Program-made: the position numbers and the translations under genes | In this document: in pieces, positions 30,186 through 45,549 of the stretch | Position numbering within the stretch: the first letter of the stretch is position 1 | Layout of the letters: every line of letters starts with the position of its first letter | Notes under the pieces: generated by a model | Seen by the model: the letters and a program-made list of their open reading frames with translations, nothing else | Told to the model about the DNA's origin: nothing | Databases searched by the model: none | NCBI RefSeq assembly: GCF_009914755.1 | Contig: NC_060947.1 | Strand: one strand, 5' to 3' | Length of the DNA: 64,000 bases | Source of the DNA: the human T2T-CHM13v2.0 reference genome, Homo sapiens

Positions 30186-32014
30186 GTTAAGACAGGGTCA
30201 GGTAAATGGGTAAATGGGCAGGATGTTGTTATTTTATTCAGGATGTGTGGGGAAGGCATCCCTGAAGAGGTGATGACTGAGCAGAGACCTGGAGGCAGTG
30301 AGGAGCAGGCCTTGCAATTACCTGAGGGAAGAGCATTCCAGGCAGAAGGAACAGCAAGTGCAACAGCCCTGGAGCAGGGGAAGCACCTGGTGGGTCCGGG
30401 ATCTCAAGGATGTGTGATGGTAAAGAAAGGCTCATCCAAGGTTTTGACATGTGGCACTCATTGACAGGTGCCTGGTGTCCCCATCTCTATTTCTCCCACA
30501 ACCTGAGAGGGAGATGGGGTTCTCCCATGTCACAGATGAAGGACCTGAGGCTCAGAGAAGTGCCCTGAGCCTGCTCTCCTGCTCACACCTGAAATTCCTA
30601 AAAGAGGGATGACCTTCTGTTGCACCACAGGAGACATAGGGCTTGAGCCCACAGCTGGGGGGAAGGTGCCATCCACACTGAAAGTCAGCCAGCCAGCCAG
30701 TAGAAATTATTAATGATAATATGGGAACCATGGCCAGCATGACATTTCTACTTCCAATGGGAAGGCAGGACTTTAGGAATGAGAAAGGAACTGGGATGGA
30801 AGAGAGAGGCAGAAAGGGGAAGGTGGGGGACAGTGAGGAAAAACACACTGATTGAGAAGGGACCCTGGGGACTTCTGGGATGATGATCAACCTTGAACTA
30901 TGTGGTTGTTACATGAATGTACAGCTTATAAAACATAGACTTATGTTTCATACACTCTCGGGCACAGACACACACAAAAACCCTCATAAGTGAAGCAGAG
31001 TGCAGTGGGAAGTGGGAGTAGCGTGAGTGTCCTTGACTCCTGCACACAGGCTCGCAGCGCCCCGGCCTCCTGGTGTGGACCACGCAGTGTAGGCAGCCTC
31101 CTTCCTGCAGAACCTCCCCTGGGCTCCAGGTCTTGCCTTCTATCCTGGAGGCTCCAGAGGCTCCCTCAGGCCTGTTTGTGGAGATTGTCTGGTGGGAAAT
31201 CCTCTATCCTGTGCTCCTGATGCCAGCCATGGAGCAGGAACACCACCTCTCAGGGGATGGACAGGACCTGCCCATTTTGTCCTCAGATGTTGGGATCCAT
31301 CTCCCCTCAGGCCTCATTTACACCCACAATAGCCCAGGACACGTGGGCTTTGGGGCCTGGCAGGCTTCATAGAAGCCTGGAACCCCAAGCCCTGGTGGTG
31401 TGACTTTGGGCAAGTCACCTGTCCTTGACCAGCCTCAGTTCCCCATTCATAAAGGAGGCTAATGCCCGCCAAGCAGGGTAGGTGCAGGTTTTGGGGAAAA
31501 CATGTGTACTGCCCTCCTCCCGAGCCCATGTTAGATGGGTCTAGTAGTTGAGGCAGGGTAGGAGCAGGGGCTGGAGTGACATTGGCAGGGACTAAATTGC
31601 CCCGGATCAGACGGTGGGCAAGTGGCTTCAGCTCTCTCTGCCTCCCTTTGCTCGTCTGTCATCAGGGTACTAACTTTCCCTCCTCACAGGGTTATGTGAA
31701 GGAGAGGTGAGACAACTGGTCAGTCACCGAGAGCAGTGCTGGGCACAGGGCAAGGCTGAGTACAGGCCCACTGTCATCTCCCTGGCTGGAATAGGTTCTA
31801 GCAATAATGACATGGATGTGTTTAGGGGGCCACTATTCTGCCTACCACATACCCTCTTCCTTGGCAAGCCTTGATGGTAACTGTCATTGTCCCCATACTG
31901 GGGCCACAGAGGTAGACAGATGGACCTTAGCCTCCAAGAGAGTGAGTGCCCACCCTGTAGAGGAGAACAGCATGTCGCAGGCAGTTCACAGAGTGATGCC
32001 TTTTATATCACTAT

Positions 32015-32511
32015 TGTGATGGTTAGTTTTAGGTGTCTGCTTGACGGGGTTAAGAAAAACCCAAATAGCTGGCAAACCATTATCTCTGGGTGTGTCTGTG
32101 AGGGTGTTTCTGGCCTTTGAATCTGTGAACTGATGGAGGAAGATCGGCGTGGGTGGGCATTGTCCGATCCCTCGAGGGCACAGGTACAACAAGAAGGCGG
32201 AGGAAAGGGGAATTTGTTGTCTTCTGGAGTTGGGACACCCCGTCTTCTCCTGCCTTTGGACATAAGAACTCCAGGTTTTCAAGCCTTCAGACTCCACGAG
32301 TTATGCCTCTGGCTCTTCTGGTTCTCGGGCCTTTAGACTCAGACTGAATCACACCATCCACCTTCTTGGCTCTCCAGCTTGTAGACGGAGATGGCGGGAC
32401 CTCTCAGCCTCCACAGTCATGTGAGCCAATTCCCATAACAAGTCTCCTCTTATATATCTATAGCTAGGTATCCTATTGGTTCTATTTCTCTGGAGAACTC
32501 TGACTAATACA
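32015..32511 (+). mobile_element. MLT2B-like solo LTR
   Basis: TGTGATGGTTAG...GACTAATACA with near-TSD ACTAT/ACCAT. Confidence 0.85.
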
Positions 32512-32756
32512 ACCATCCATACGAATACTATCAGCATTCACCTCACCATGATTCTGTACCAGACACTGGCTGACCACCTAACATGAATCATGCTTTTCTC
32601 ACCCAACTCCGCGACTGTCAACTCTACTTCTATCACCCATTCACAGGTGAGGGCCTTCTGTATTCTCATCAGCCCCATCTCTGAGCACAGTCCTTTGCAG
32701 AGGTTTTCCCAGTTCTCCTCTTCCTTCTCCTCCTCCTTGTGACCAGGGCTAGCATC

Positions 32757-33061
32757 TTTTTTCTTTTTTTCTTTTTTTTTTTTTTGAGACAGTCTCACTC
32801 TGTTGCCCACTCTGGAATGTAGTGGTGTGATCTCAGTTCAAACCTGCACCTCCTGGGTTCAAGCGATTCTCCTGCCTCAGTCTCCTGAGTAGCTGAGATT
32901 ACAGACACATGCCACCACACCTGGCTAATTTTTGTATTTTTAGTAGAGAGAGGGTTTTGCCATGATGGCCAGGCTGGTCTTGAACTCCTGACCTCAAGTG
33001 GTCCACCTCCCTTGGCTTCCCAAAGTGCTGGGATTACAGGCATGAGCTACCACGCTTGGCC
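32757..33061 (-). mobile_element. AluS
   Basis: Antisense dimer with TSD AG(G/A)GCTAGCATCTT. Confidence 0.95.
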
Positions 33062-33410
33062 AGAGCTAGCATCTTAGTCTCACAGTGGCCCCTGCTCTCT
33101 AGGTCCTCAGCCCTTAGCCCTGCTGTCACCCACCCACATCCTACAACCCCTCCACTCCCTCTTCTCCGTGTCTGTTGTCCAGGGTGAGACCAAGTCCAAA
33201 CCTGAGCTTCCTGCTAAGTCAAAGTGACCTTTTCCTTTCAGTCAGGGAAGCCTGACTGAAGCCTGTGGTCCCACGGTGAGGTCTTGGTGTCTCTAGGCAC
33301 AGTGCATCCATGTTGCAGTGATACCCACCTTTGCCAGCAGGGGGCATCTCATCTCCAAGACTGGAAAAACCTCAGAGAAGACAGAGGAACAGTCTTAAAC
33401 ATTCACTCCT

Positions 33411-33820
<410 letters not shown>

Positions 33821-34849
33821 TTAGTGCTGTTCGGGGTCATCTGCAGATGGCTTTTCACTCCTTCCTACTCCCTTTCCTTGTACCAGAAGCTCATTTCCAT
33901 GGCTAAAGGAAAATTCTCATATAATTTTATCTTCCTTTTCTTATTTAATGATTGCATCATATGCTTTCTTCTACAAGATGCACTGGCTCAGAGGCCTGTG
34001 CCCAGGGCAGATCAGGCTATAGGTTGGCTAGTCCTGAGGGCACCGGCCTGAATCCTGAAGGCACTGGGGACAGGCCCCAACAGAGCCTGGGGCTCAGGAA
34101 AAGGCCACCAACCTCCTAGCCAGATCCTGGCCAACTGCCAGCTCTGCCTCCACCCAGTCATCTCCCAGGGCCTGAACTCTGGGTCTAGAAGCTCCAGGAC
34201 TGGTGGTCTGGGGGAGATACGGGCTGGAAGGATCCCTCGGAAGAGGAGGCAGCAGACAATCTCTGTACAGCTTGAGAGGGTGCACAGCTATAGGGTGAGG
34301 CCCGGCCCACCCAGCACAGATCCACTGACCTGCTGTGCAGCTGCAGGCCCAGCTGCTTCCCTCTACCGACCTCAGTCTCCTCACCTGTGCAATGGGCATC
34401 ATTCAGCCCCAACATGCAGGGGATGCTCGTGAATGGAAGGGAGCTGAGGCATTGAGAAAGCAGATTTGCCCCAAGAGAAGGAAGAGTGGGTCAAGGTTGG
34501 TGGGGAAGGATGGATGAGGCCACCTCGGGGAAAGCCAGGGGCTGCCTTCCTGGAAGTGCTCAGGGCAGTCAGGTGGGGCAATTTCTGAGGCAGTGAGCAA
34601 GAACTGTGGGCTGGGGACCAGGTGAGGTTGTCTCTATAGTGTTCTGGGGTGGCCAGCCGCTGTGTCACTGTTTCTTCCTGTTTGTCCTCACCCCTGCCCA
34701 TGGGGAGCCTAGAGATGAGCCCAGTGAGCTCACTGTGAGTCACTGTGACCCACATGCAGTCATTAGAGCCATGCATCATCATCACAACAGCCACCAGGTT
34801 AACACTTGGGTAATTTATCCAAATAATGACTCACCTGTTCTGACCTGAT

Positions 34850-37285
34850 TTGGATGATATGCCATCATTTAGTGTAGCCATAGTTTATTCAGTCATTCTC
34901 CTATTGGATCGTTAATTAGTGTTTGATTTACTTTTTGACCATCCAGACCTGTAATGAGAATTCTTGTACATGCAGTGATGTTCATAGAGTAACCCTACTT
35001 GTAATAGCTAAAAACTGGAAACAACCCAATTACACACCAATAAGAAGTCACATAAATAAATTCTGCCAGATTCACACTATGAATTACTGCACAGCTATGA
35101 GAAGGAATGAGCTAGACCATGCAGAGACATAACATTAGGTGAAAGAAGTCAAATACAAAAGAGGACACGCTATGTGATTCCCTTTCTACATGGCTCAAAA
35201 GCAAATAACAATAGTGTTTAGGCATACATATGCCTATATTATAACAATTTTACAGACAGCAAGGATTCTAATTTGCCTGGTGGGCAAATTTTCTTAATTT
35301 TTGAAATTATACAGTAAAATGGACACTTGAGGTATAGTTCTACGAATCTGAACGCATGTATAGATAGATATAACCACCATCACAGTCAGTATCCAGAACA
35401 TATGCATCACCCCAAAGAACTTCCTGGGTTCCTTGTGCTGCCCTTGTATAGTCACTTCCTTCTCCCACCCCTAAGCGCTGGCACCCACGGATCTGTTCTC
35501 TATCACTATACTATTGTCTTTTCCAGGATATCATAGAAATGGAATAATACAGCCTGTAGTCTTTTGAGACTGGCTTCTTCACTCAGCATAGTGTCTTTGA
35601 GTTTAATTCAAGTTGTTGAATATATCAATAGTTCTTTTTTTCAGAATAATATTCTATTGTATGAGTGTAGCAGATTTTCTTTATCCATTCACCCATTGAA
35701 GGACATTTGGGTTATTTCTAATTTGGTGTAATTGTGAACATTTGTGCCATAAACGTTTGTGCATGAATTTTTGTGTGAACATAAATTTTCATTCTTCTAT
35801 GATAAATATCCCAGATGTCCAATCTTTACAACACCATTTGTTGAAAAGACCATCCCCTTTCTTTTGAATTGCCTACAAAAATAAGATCAATTGATTTTTC
35901 TTTTTTTACAAAGGTGCTTTTATTTTTGGGCTATGTATGAAACTGTCAAGATTGTTCTAGTATTATAATACTTTTTAAATTTTGTTCTTTTTCAAAGTTA
36001 TTTTGATGGTTCTAGTTCCTTTGCCTTTCCTCATAAATTTTAGAATCAGTTAGTCTGTATCTAAAAAAAAATTTCTGCTGGGAATTTGATTGGAATTGCA
36101 TTAAATCTATACATCAATTTGGGGACATCATGCCTACATTGAGTCTACCAATCTATGAGTACAGTATGTCCCTCTCTTTATTTAGTTCTTCTTTTAATTC
36201 TTTCATTCACTTCTGATGGTTTTCAGCATATGACTCCTGCACATGTTTTGTCAGATTTTGAGGAGCAGCTATTGTAAATCTTATTGTGTATTTTTTAAAA
36301 TGTTTGTTCCTGGAACTTCATTACTAGTCTATAGAAGTGCTTTGATTTCTTTGTTGAACGTGTATCCTGCAATGTTGCTTAACTCCCTTGTTCATTCTAG
36401 AAATATTTTTTATGAATTCAGCAAGATTTCCAACAAGATAATCATAACATCTGTGAGTTGGAGTAGTTGTAGACCCTCCTTTCCAATCTGTACACCATTC
36501 ATTTCCTTTTCTTGCCTTTTTAAACTGGTTGGAACTTCTAGTACAATACTGAATAGCAGGGGTGAGAGTTAGCAACCTTGCTTGGTTCCTGATGTTATGG
36601 AGAAAGCAGTTAGTCTTTATTAAGTATAATGTAAGGTGTAGGATTTGCTTTTAGTTGCTCCATATCAAGTTAAGCAAGCTCCTTCTACTCCTGGTTTGCT
36701 AAGTGTTTGATACTGTTGTCTGTAATCATAAATGGCTGTTGAATTTTGTCAAAGGCTTTTTCTGCATCAAAGTTTGACCATGTGGTTGGGATTGGGGTTT
36801 TTTATTTTTATTTTTTCGGCATGTTAGTATGCTGAATTGCATTGATTATTTTTGGAATATTGAACCAGCTTTGTATTCTCAGGACAAACCCCACTTGGTT
36901 GTGGTGCATTATTCTTTTTATATATTATTGGATTCAATATTAACAAAATATTTGTTTGCTAATATTTTGTTGAGAATTTTCTGCATCTATGTTCATAGGA
37001 GAGATTAGATTATATTTTTTAAGCTATCTTTGTCTGATTTTGGTGTCAGAATAATGCTGATCTTTTAAGATGATTTGGTAAATATTCCAACTGTCAATTC
37101 CATCTTTTAATAGGTATACATCTATTCAGATTATGTTTATTTTTGAGTGAGCTTTGGCAGTTTGTGTCTTTCAAGGAATTGTTCCATTGTCATCTAAGCT
37201 GCTGAATGTATATGTGTAGAGTTATTCATAGCATCCTTTTCATTTTTGTGTGGCCTCTAACTTGTATTAAACTTTTCAAAGAACA
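34850..37285. mobile_element. Old L1M fragments (mostly antisense)
   Basis: L1-typical motifs, e.g. AACTGGAAACAACCCAA and CACCATTTGTTGAAAAGAC. Confidence 0.65.
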
Positions 37286-37289
37286 AATG

Positions 37290-37525
37290 CAATCTTGGCT
37301 CACTGCAGCCTCAACCTCCTGGGCTCTAGTGATCCTCTTGCCTCAGCCTCCTGAGCAACTGGGACTACAGACACACTATCATGCCCAGCTAACTTTTGTA
37401 CCTTTTGTAGAGATGGGGTTTCATCATGTTGCCCAGGCTGGTTTCATACTCCTGAGCTCAAGCGATCCGCTTGCCTTGGCCTTTCAAAGTGCTGGGATTA
37501 CAGGCATGAGCCACCGTACCCGGCC
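37290..37525 (-). mobile_element. AluJ (partial)
   Basis: Antisense Alu with J-type CACTGCAGCCTCAACCTCCTGGGCTC. Confidence 0.85.
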
Positions 37526-37529
37526 TGGT

Positions 37530-38600
37530 GCTTCCATTCCTGAAGTCTGGCATCTTAGCACATGCTAATCAGAGGGTACCTACATGACCAGCATCAAGTA
37601 AAAGTCTTGGACACTGACTCTCTAATAAGCTGCCCTGGTAGAAAATATGTCACGTCACACATGTCACAATTCATTGCTGGGGGAACGAATTCTGTGACTC
37701 TCCTAGAAAAGAACTCCTAGAAACTTGGGCTGCTTTCCTCAGGCCATTGGTCCATACACCTTTTCTTTGCTAAGCTTGCTGTATACTTTCATTGTAATAA
37801 ATCTTCATCACCATGAGTCCAGCTATATGCTGACTGTGAGTCCTGTGAGTCCTCCCAGCAAATAATAAAAAATGGGAGTGGTCTTGGGGACCCCTGACAC
37901 AGTTGTCACAATGGTTGGATTTGCCAGAATAAGCCTGACTCACTAAAATATGGTGAAAGCCTTGTTTGAGTAAAGAAAGACTGAAGGAGTAGGGGGTGAT
38001 GAAGGTGCTCAGGTGATTATGGCCTTATGCATACTGTGAAACAGTAGCTAGCTTTTGTCTCTTGTGAGAGGTAAATGTTACTTATAGATTTTAAAAAGAA
38101 CACATCCAACTCTGGGAGACCTGAATCACTGCATTCCTTGGCGTCTTTCGCCATGCTGGAGATGGGGGGTGGGAACACAGCCAGGTGAAGATTTTGGTGT
38201 TTTTCCTTTCCTCCAAATAGAAGAAAGGGGCTGGGAATGCACAAAAGTAATTTTAGGGTGGCGAAAAATGTTAAAAATTTGGGCTTCTCTCTCCTCCAAG
38301 TGGAAGGGAAAAATATTAAATCAGTTCCCTGCGCTGGAGCAAAGCTTAGATAAACCAAGTAGAGGGAAAAGGAAAAAATCCTCCAGTCTTTTCTTCAGCT
38401 TTGCTGCTGCTACTGCAGCCCCTCCCAGCCTTCCAGAAAGAATCTCTCCTGGCAGCTATGATGTTAACCTTATAATTGCAATGAGAGCCAAAAAAAAAAA
38501 GGAATTAAAAGTGGCTTTTTAATTTATGGCTGTTACATCCAGATATATAATAAAAGTGATGTGAAATGTTATATACTTATAATGTCATAAATGCTAGAGG
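37530..38600 (+). mobile_element. MER21/MER77-like LTR (to ~37900) followed by degenerate internal sequence
   Basis: LTR end GTGGTCTTGGGGACCCCTGACACA with upstream AATAAA; leader-like sequence follows. Confidence 0.55.
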
Positions 38601-39239
38601 GACCATCCCCTTCAGGGAAAGCTGGACAGGAAAAAGATTTTAATGGGATACAACTTTTTTGCTTTTTGACTCAGGTGAGGATATTGGAATTTAAAGTCAA
38701 ATTTAGCTTTGAATGTTACAAAGAAAACGAATCTCCATAATAGGATTTTTGCTCTGATGATTGCCTTTGGAACAAGGAAGGCAACATGAAAAGATAGGCA
38801 ATGTCCAGGTGGAGGTGCACTTTTAGAGTTTTTGAAGTGGTTTTCAATTGTTAATGAACTCTAATGAAATCAGATATCTGACCCTTAGAGAGTGAAGATT
38901 TGTCAGCCAGATGTGCACATTTTTGAGTGGGTCCATTAAATTCTAAGGCTGACAAGAAAATTGGGCTTAGGATAATTTTGCTTGTTACTTCAGCTTGGAA
39001 CAAGGCTGTCTGGTTTTCAGCTTCTTCTTTTTGCTGCTGCCAAAGAAAAGTCTCTTTGTTTTGTTTTGTTTTTTCATATGCTGAATTCATAGATCCTAAT
39101 GGCCTGGACCTCACTGTAAGCTGAAATTGATATTGTCTGCTATGGGCTATTTCAGCCTCAGTAGGAGCTGTGCAGAACCTGAAGCAGGCACAGGCTCAAT
39201 ACACAGGACTCTGACTCTGTAACTTTTACAGAATTAAAA

Positions 39240-39383
39240 TTTTTTATTTTTTTTTTAATCTTTTGATAGAGATGGGGTCTCCCTGTGTTGCCCAAGTTGG
39301 TCTCAAACTGCTGTGCTCAAGAGATCCTCCTGCTTCGGCCTCCCAAAATGCTGGGATTACAGGCATGAGCCACCATGTGTGGC
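39240..39383 (-). mobile_element. Alu monomer (FLAM/AluJ left arm)
   Basis: Antisense left-arm sequence. Confidence 0.85.
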
Positions 39384-39699
39384 TGACTTTTACAGATTCA
39401 AGAAACCCCTCTGTAAAGACTTCAACAATAGAAACATCAAGGATGCTTGCTGGGCCATCTGGGTCACTTGCAGTTGCCCATGGAAAAGGGCTTATTCTCT
39501 GATGGGACCATTTACAATCTAGGGGCTTATCAGCTCTATTTCTGATGCAAAGGCTAATTACATTCCTCATTTGTTATTCCTGCCGAAACTGAAGGGAAGG
39601 GGAGAATATATCACAGAGAGTGACTCCTCCATGCACTCCTGACAGATCAGTCTCTAGATCTCCTCTAGGGAATATGTCACTGGTATTGACTTGGGGTTC

Positions 39700-40111
<412 letters not shown>

Positions 40112-40133
40112 TAGACTAATTGCAGTTTGCAAG

Positions 40134-40776
40134 TGTTGTGGCTCAGAAAACAATATCCCAGAATGGAGGCCTCAGAAGCAGCCTCAGAAGTAAAAGTTTT
40201 TCTGTGACCTTATCCTGCCCTCTTATCTCTCAGTCCCATTCTCCCTTGAGGCTAGCCATAGAAACTAGGATCCCTCCTCCCCAAAGTGGGTCTTAGAAAC
40301 CAGAAGTCCTTTTCTCCAAGCTAGTCATCAAGCCTAAAAATATGATTCTAATTTTCCCTCTGTTTTTCTGTGTAAAAAACAGGCCATAAAGAAATTACCT
40401 GTCCTACCTTGTTCAACTATATAAGTCATAAGACACCCATTCCAGAGAGGGTCCTGCCCCCCATACCCAGAAGGAAGGAATGCTGCTCAGAAAGGCCTAG
40501 AAGAATCCAGACAGACGGGTCTTGCTGGGTTTCCCCACTCAATCTATTTGCATTAGATCATACCCTTTTTTTCCAATCATATTTTTGCCTGGCTGTCCAT
40601 ACTTTGTTGAACCTGAGCATGAAAATGGACAATGTCCCCTATATTTTTGGATCTTAATTCTGAAGGCTCCCATACATACATATTAAATAAATTTGTATGC
40701 CTTTTCTCCTATTAATCTGCCTCATGTCAGGGATTTCCAGTGAGCCTTTAAAGGGCCAAGGCCCATGGCCCCTACA
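40134..40776 (+). mobile_element. ERV1-class solo LTR (MER39-like)
   Basis: TGTTGTGGCTCAGAAAAC start, internal AATAAA (~40686), GGCCCCTACA end. Confidence 0.65.
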
Positions 40777-41040
40777 TAACAAAGGACTAATAGCCTGACT
40801 CTGCTTCCCTAACCTTTCTCCTGGTGCACACACTTTGGTAAGGCACTTTGACCATTCAATACAGCTGTCACCAGCAAAGCATTGAACTTTTCCAGCCTGC
40901 TCACTAAATAAATGATAGAGACAAAAGGGATAAGAAGTTATGCAAACCCATCTAAATTTGTTTTAAAATGTGAATTTTCATCCCAATCAATTTCAGAACA
41001 TCATGAGTATTACTGGTTATTTATTAAATTGTTTTTTCTG

Positions 41041-41186
41041 GGCTGGGCACAGTGGCTCATACCTGTAATTCTACTGCTTTGGGAGCTGAGGCATGAGGAT
41101 CCCTTGAGCCCAGGAGGTAGAGACTACAGAGAACCATGATTGTACCACAGCACTCCAGCCTGGGTGATGAAGCAAGACCCTGTCTC

Positions 41187-41213
<27 letters not shown>
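41041..41213 (+). mobile_element. Alu monomer / deleted AluJ with long A-tail
   Basis: GGCTGGGCACAGTGGCTC...poly-A. Confidence 0.85.
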
Positions 41214-41217
<4 letters not shown>

Positions 41218-42064
41218 CTATGAAAATTATTTTGTTCTGCTTGCATATGACCATTTCAGACAAAAGGTCTAGAGGAGAATCGATGATAATAGAAGAAATG
41301 GAAAGTTTCGATTACAGAATGGCACACACTGATTTTCTAACAATGAAGAAAACACGAAACCTGACACCTGGAAAGAGTCAAGCCAGAGAGAGGGGACGTT
41401 AATGATCTCTGTTTTTCAAAATGGTTTCTGAAAACTTTCCCTTTTTCCTGAAAAAACGCTCCCCATTCAGCCATCCCAAGCTACTGTAAGTATATTGAAA
41501 TCACACTGACTGCTGAGCACACAATCACATCTGACAGAGCTGCAACTAGCGAAGGGACAGCAGGGGCAACCCAGCTCCTGAACATCCCACTCAGAACACC
41601 TACAGATGTCATCCAGGTTTGTAAAGAGGAAGAACTGGTGTCAATGGTTAACAGAACCTGGACTGACTGCCTTCTGTCAGTCCCTCTGAAACCAAGGACA
41701 CAAATGACTTGTTTGGAATGCACAGGGAACCCTAGAGGGAAAGGTCCCACAGTGGGAGGCCACCCTGGGGGCCTTTGCAAGTTCCTGCCTGACTAATGTA
41801 TGTCCTGCTGAGGGTGCACTTAAAATGGTAAATGTTAGGTTTCCAGGGATATAATCATGTACTTGCATGTGCCCCCTAACTATCCTGATACTGACTTAGC
41901 TATGAAAGGCCTTCACATCAGCTTCAGCTTACTGGCCAGAGGTATGCTGAGCCTGAATTGGTGGCTTGGGTTGGGCAAAAAAGGTTAATGCAAAAATTTA
42001 AGTAGGAAGTCAGCTGCCTTTCTAAGATAAACCTTCATGGTTACTGGGATTTGTATTAATTGGC

Positions 42065-42458
42065 TGTGATGGTAAACTTGATTTGTCAACTTGACTGGGC
42101 CAGAGTACACAGGTATTTGTTCAAACACCAGACTAGGTATCTCTGTGCAGGTAATTTTAAATGAGACTAACATTAAAATCAGTAGACTTTGAGTAAAGCA
42201 AATTACACTCCATGATGTGGGTTGGCCTCATCCAATAACTTCAAGGCCTTAAAGAGAAAAAAGACTGGGTTTCCCCCAGTGAAGAAAATATTCTGCCTGC
42301 AGACTGTCTGTGAATTTGAGCTATCTTACATGGGTCTCCAGAATGATGTCCTGCCCTACATAATTTGGATTTGCCAGCCCCCACAGTTGCATGAGCCAGT
42401 TCCTCAACATCAATTTCAACAATCTCTCTCTCTCTCTTTGTCTTTCTCTCTCTCTCTT

Positions 42459-42505
<47 letters not shown>
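42065..42505 (+). mobile_element. MLT2 (C/D-like) LTR ending in a (CT)n(CA)n microsatellite
   Basis: TGTGATGGTAAACTTGATTTGTCAACTTGACTGGGCC start. Confidence 0.75.
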
Positions 42506-42508
<3 letters not shown>

Positions 42509-43779
42509 GGAGCCCGAACCAATAGGGTGCTTACATCTGGGACCCTTAAAGGGCATAACAGAGATCAGTACTGCAGGTTGGTCTCACTCTGCTGCATGGG
42601 TTCTAAGGCAGAGTGCTGTGGTGTTCCCCTCCCACCCTCTACAGACTGACATCCGTGTGGCTCATCACTGTGATGCAGGGTTTGGCCATCCAACCATTAG
42701 AAATCACTACAATTCCACAAGGGTTCTCTGCTCTCCTTCTGCCTGTCATGTACTCTGTTCTATCCGGAAGACACAGCGATCTACTGGATACGATTCCAAC
42801 CTTCCAGGAATGACCTGAAAACCTGGTGAGGGAGATACACTTGGAAAGAGAAGTTCAGTGAAATAACAGCAACAGGCATAGCTGGTGTGTTCACCAACTC
42901 ATGAGAGATCACACTATCAACATCTTCCACTTGATTTTCCCCATCAATTAACAGCTTATCCTGGAAACAATCCCTTTGGTAGGTAAGTTGGATTCCCCTC
43001 ATTGTTTCCCCAAGGCATGTGGAGCTACAAAGCAAACTGATACTGGTATGTTGTGTGAGAGTGGAGTCCAAGAATGGAATGCTCTGCAGTGATGTGATTG
43101 CCAAAGCAGTCAATTAGTCTTTGTAAGTTCCCAGATGAAGTACCATTTACAAGCCTCTCTCAGTTTACAGGGAGTGACATGTATGGAAAATCCAGTTTAT
43201 TTAAGACTCTGGAAAAAGTCATTTGCCTCACTGTAACACTCAGTCCCCAAATGCCAGTAGACTCCGCCAATCATTCCAACAATCAAAGCTGCCCTCCAAA
43301 ATGCCCCAAAGTGGGCAATGATATTCTGGCCACCACTTTAGAATTCATAAGAAGTACCCTCAAAACTCTTATTTACATCAAAAGGATAGGAATGTTGCAG
43401 TCGGTACAAAGGAAATAACACAGCACCATGGAGCAGGACACAATATTCCCGAGAAAGGATTGTGGGCACCTTCCTCCTCTGTGTTGCTTTCTGTGATTAA
43501 AAAAAAAGTGGTTCAGGGCCAGCTGGGGTGTGCAGTGAAGCTTCATTTCAAAGGTCAACCACTGCCATGGGACATTGATGCTCAGGATGGTTCTGTGGTA
43601 GTCATAACTCTGGTATCCTGAGACTAGTGTCCTTCTCCTAGGCAAGGGCAGCCCCAGGCTGGGGCACAGGAGAAAAGGCCCAGGCTAGGTTGTCAGTCTG
43701 CTAGGGACAGCTGTTTGTTGTGGGATCACAGATGAGATCAGGAGAAGGACAACTGAAAGGAGAAGAGAGGAGACCATCT

Positions 43780-45484
43780 CACACTGTCCAATATCACACT
43801 GTCCTGATTACCATAGTTACCATACACATCTTGAAATCAGGTAATAAGAGTCTTCCAATATTCTTTGTCTTTTATAAAATTGTTAGGCTATTATATTCCC
43901 TTTTCTTTTCCATATAAATTTTAAAGTCAGCTTGCCAATTTCTATTATAGAAACAAAAGGCTGCAAGGATTTTGATTGGGTTTACATTGAATGTATAGAT
44001 TATTTGAGAGAAACTTATATATTGATAATCTTCAGTCTTGCAATCCATTAACATGGTATGTCTCTTCATTTATTTCAGCTTGCATTAATATTTCTCAGCA
44101 ATGCTTTTCAGTCAGGTCTTGCACACATTTTGTTAAATTTTACCACTAAATATTTCATGGGGTTTTTGGTGCTATATTAAGTGATATTGATTTTTAATTT
44201 TCAATTGTTTGTTGCTGGTATATAAAAACAGCATTGACTTTTGCATATTTATCTTGAGCATGTTACTTTGCTAAACTCACATTTATGTTCAAGTCATGGA
44301 ATAAATTCCATTTGGCTATGATGTAAATTTTTTATATATTGCTAGTTTTTATATATTGCTAATTTTTATTACACATTTTGTGTCTATGTTCATGAGTTAT
44401 ATTGGTCTGTCATGTTATTTTCTCATAATGTTTGGTTTCGATATCAGGTTGACGCCAGCTCTGTAAAGTGCTTTGGAAAGTGTGATCTCTCACCAATTTT
44501 CATGAAGAGTTTGTGTAGAATTGACATTAATTTTTTTTCCATCTCCCTTTCCTGGTATGGAATTGTTTCTTCCACAAACGTTTGGTGGAACGCTTGGCAG
44601 AATTAGCCAATGAAGTCACCAGAAACTTGAAGTTTATTTGAGAAAAATCTTTGTTTTATTTATTTGTTGTTTTTATGAATTCCTTTTATTTTTATATAGA
44701 TATATATGTCATCTATTTATTTTTGAATAAGTTTTGTTAGCTAGGGTCCTTTGAGGAACTTTCCCATTAAATTAAAAAAATACATTTTTTTGATAATATT
44801 TTTCATAATGTATCATACATTTAATATCTGAAGGATCTGTATTGATGTGTCCTCTAGTATTCTCTTTCTCTCTATCATCAGTCTGGCTAAAAGTTTATTA
44901 ATTTTTCTGATCTTTTCAACTAAACAACTTCTGGTTTCACTGATTTTTTTCCAATTGAAGTTCTCATTTCTATTTAATTTATTTCTCCTCATATCTTAAT
45001 TAATTTTTCCTTCTTCTTGCTTTGGGTACATTTTATTTTTCTAGTTTCCTGATGTGGAAGCTTAGATAGTTGATTTGGAACTTTTCTTCCTTTTTGGTGT
45101 AAGTACTTCATGCTATAAGTTTCCTTCTATGCACTGTTTTAGTTTCATCTTGCAAGTTTTGATATTTTGTGTTTTTATCTTTAAATTTTCCTTGTAATTT
45201 CTTCTTTGAGCTCTGAATTACTTAAAAGTATTGTTTAATTTCTAATATTTCATGGATTCCACATATCTTTCTATAAATAATTTCTATTTCAAATATTTTG
45301 TGGTCACAGAACATGTTTTGTAAAATTTCGTTCCTTCTGAATTTGTTGAGGTTTGGTTTTCAGCCCAGAATATCATCTGTCTTGGTGAACATTCCATTTA
45401 CACTTGAGAAGAGTAGGTATTCTACTGTTGTTCTGAAAATATCAATTAGGCCAAGCTGGTGGATAGTGCTCTCTCTATATATAG

Positions 45485-45549
<65 letters not shown>

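Noticed and set aside
42222-42818. 198-aa ORF
   Set aside because: It runs through an MLT2 LTR and a (CT)n(CA)n microsatellite, so it is a chance open frame.
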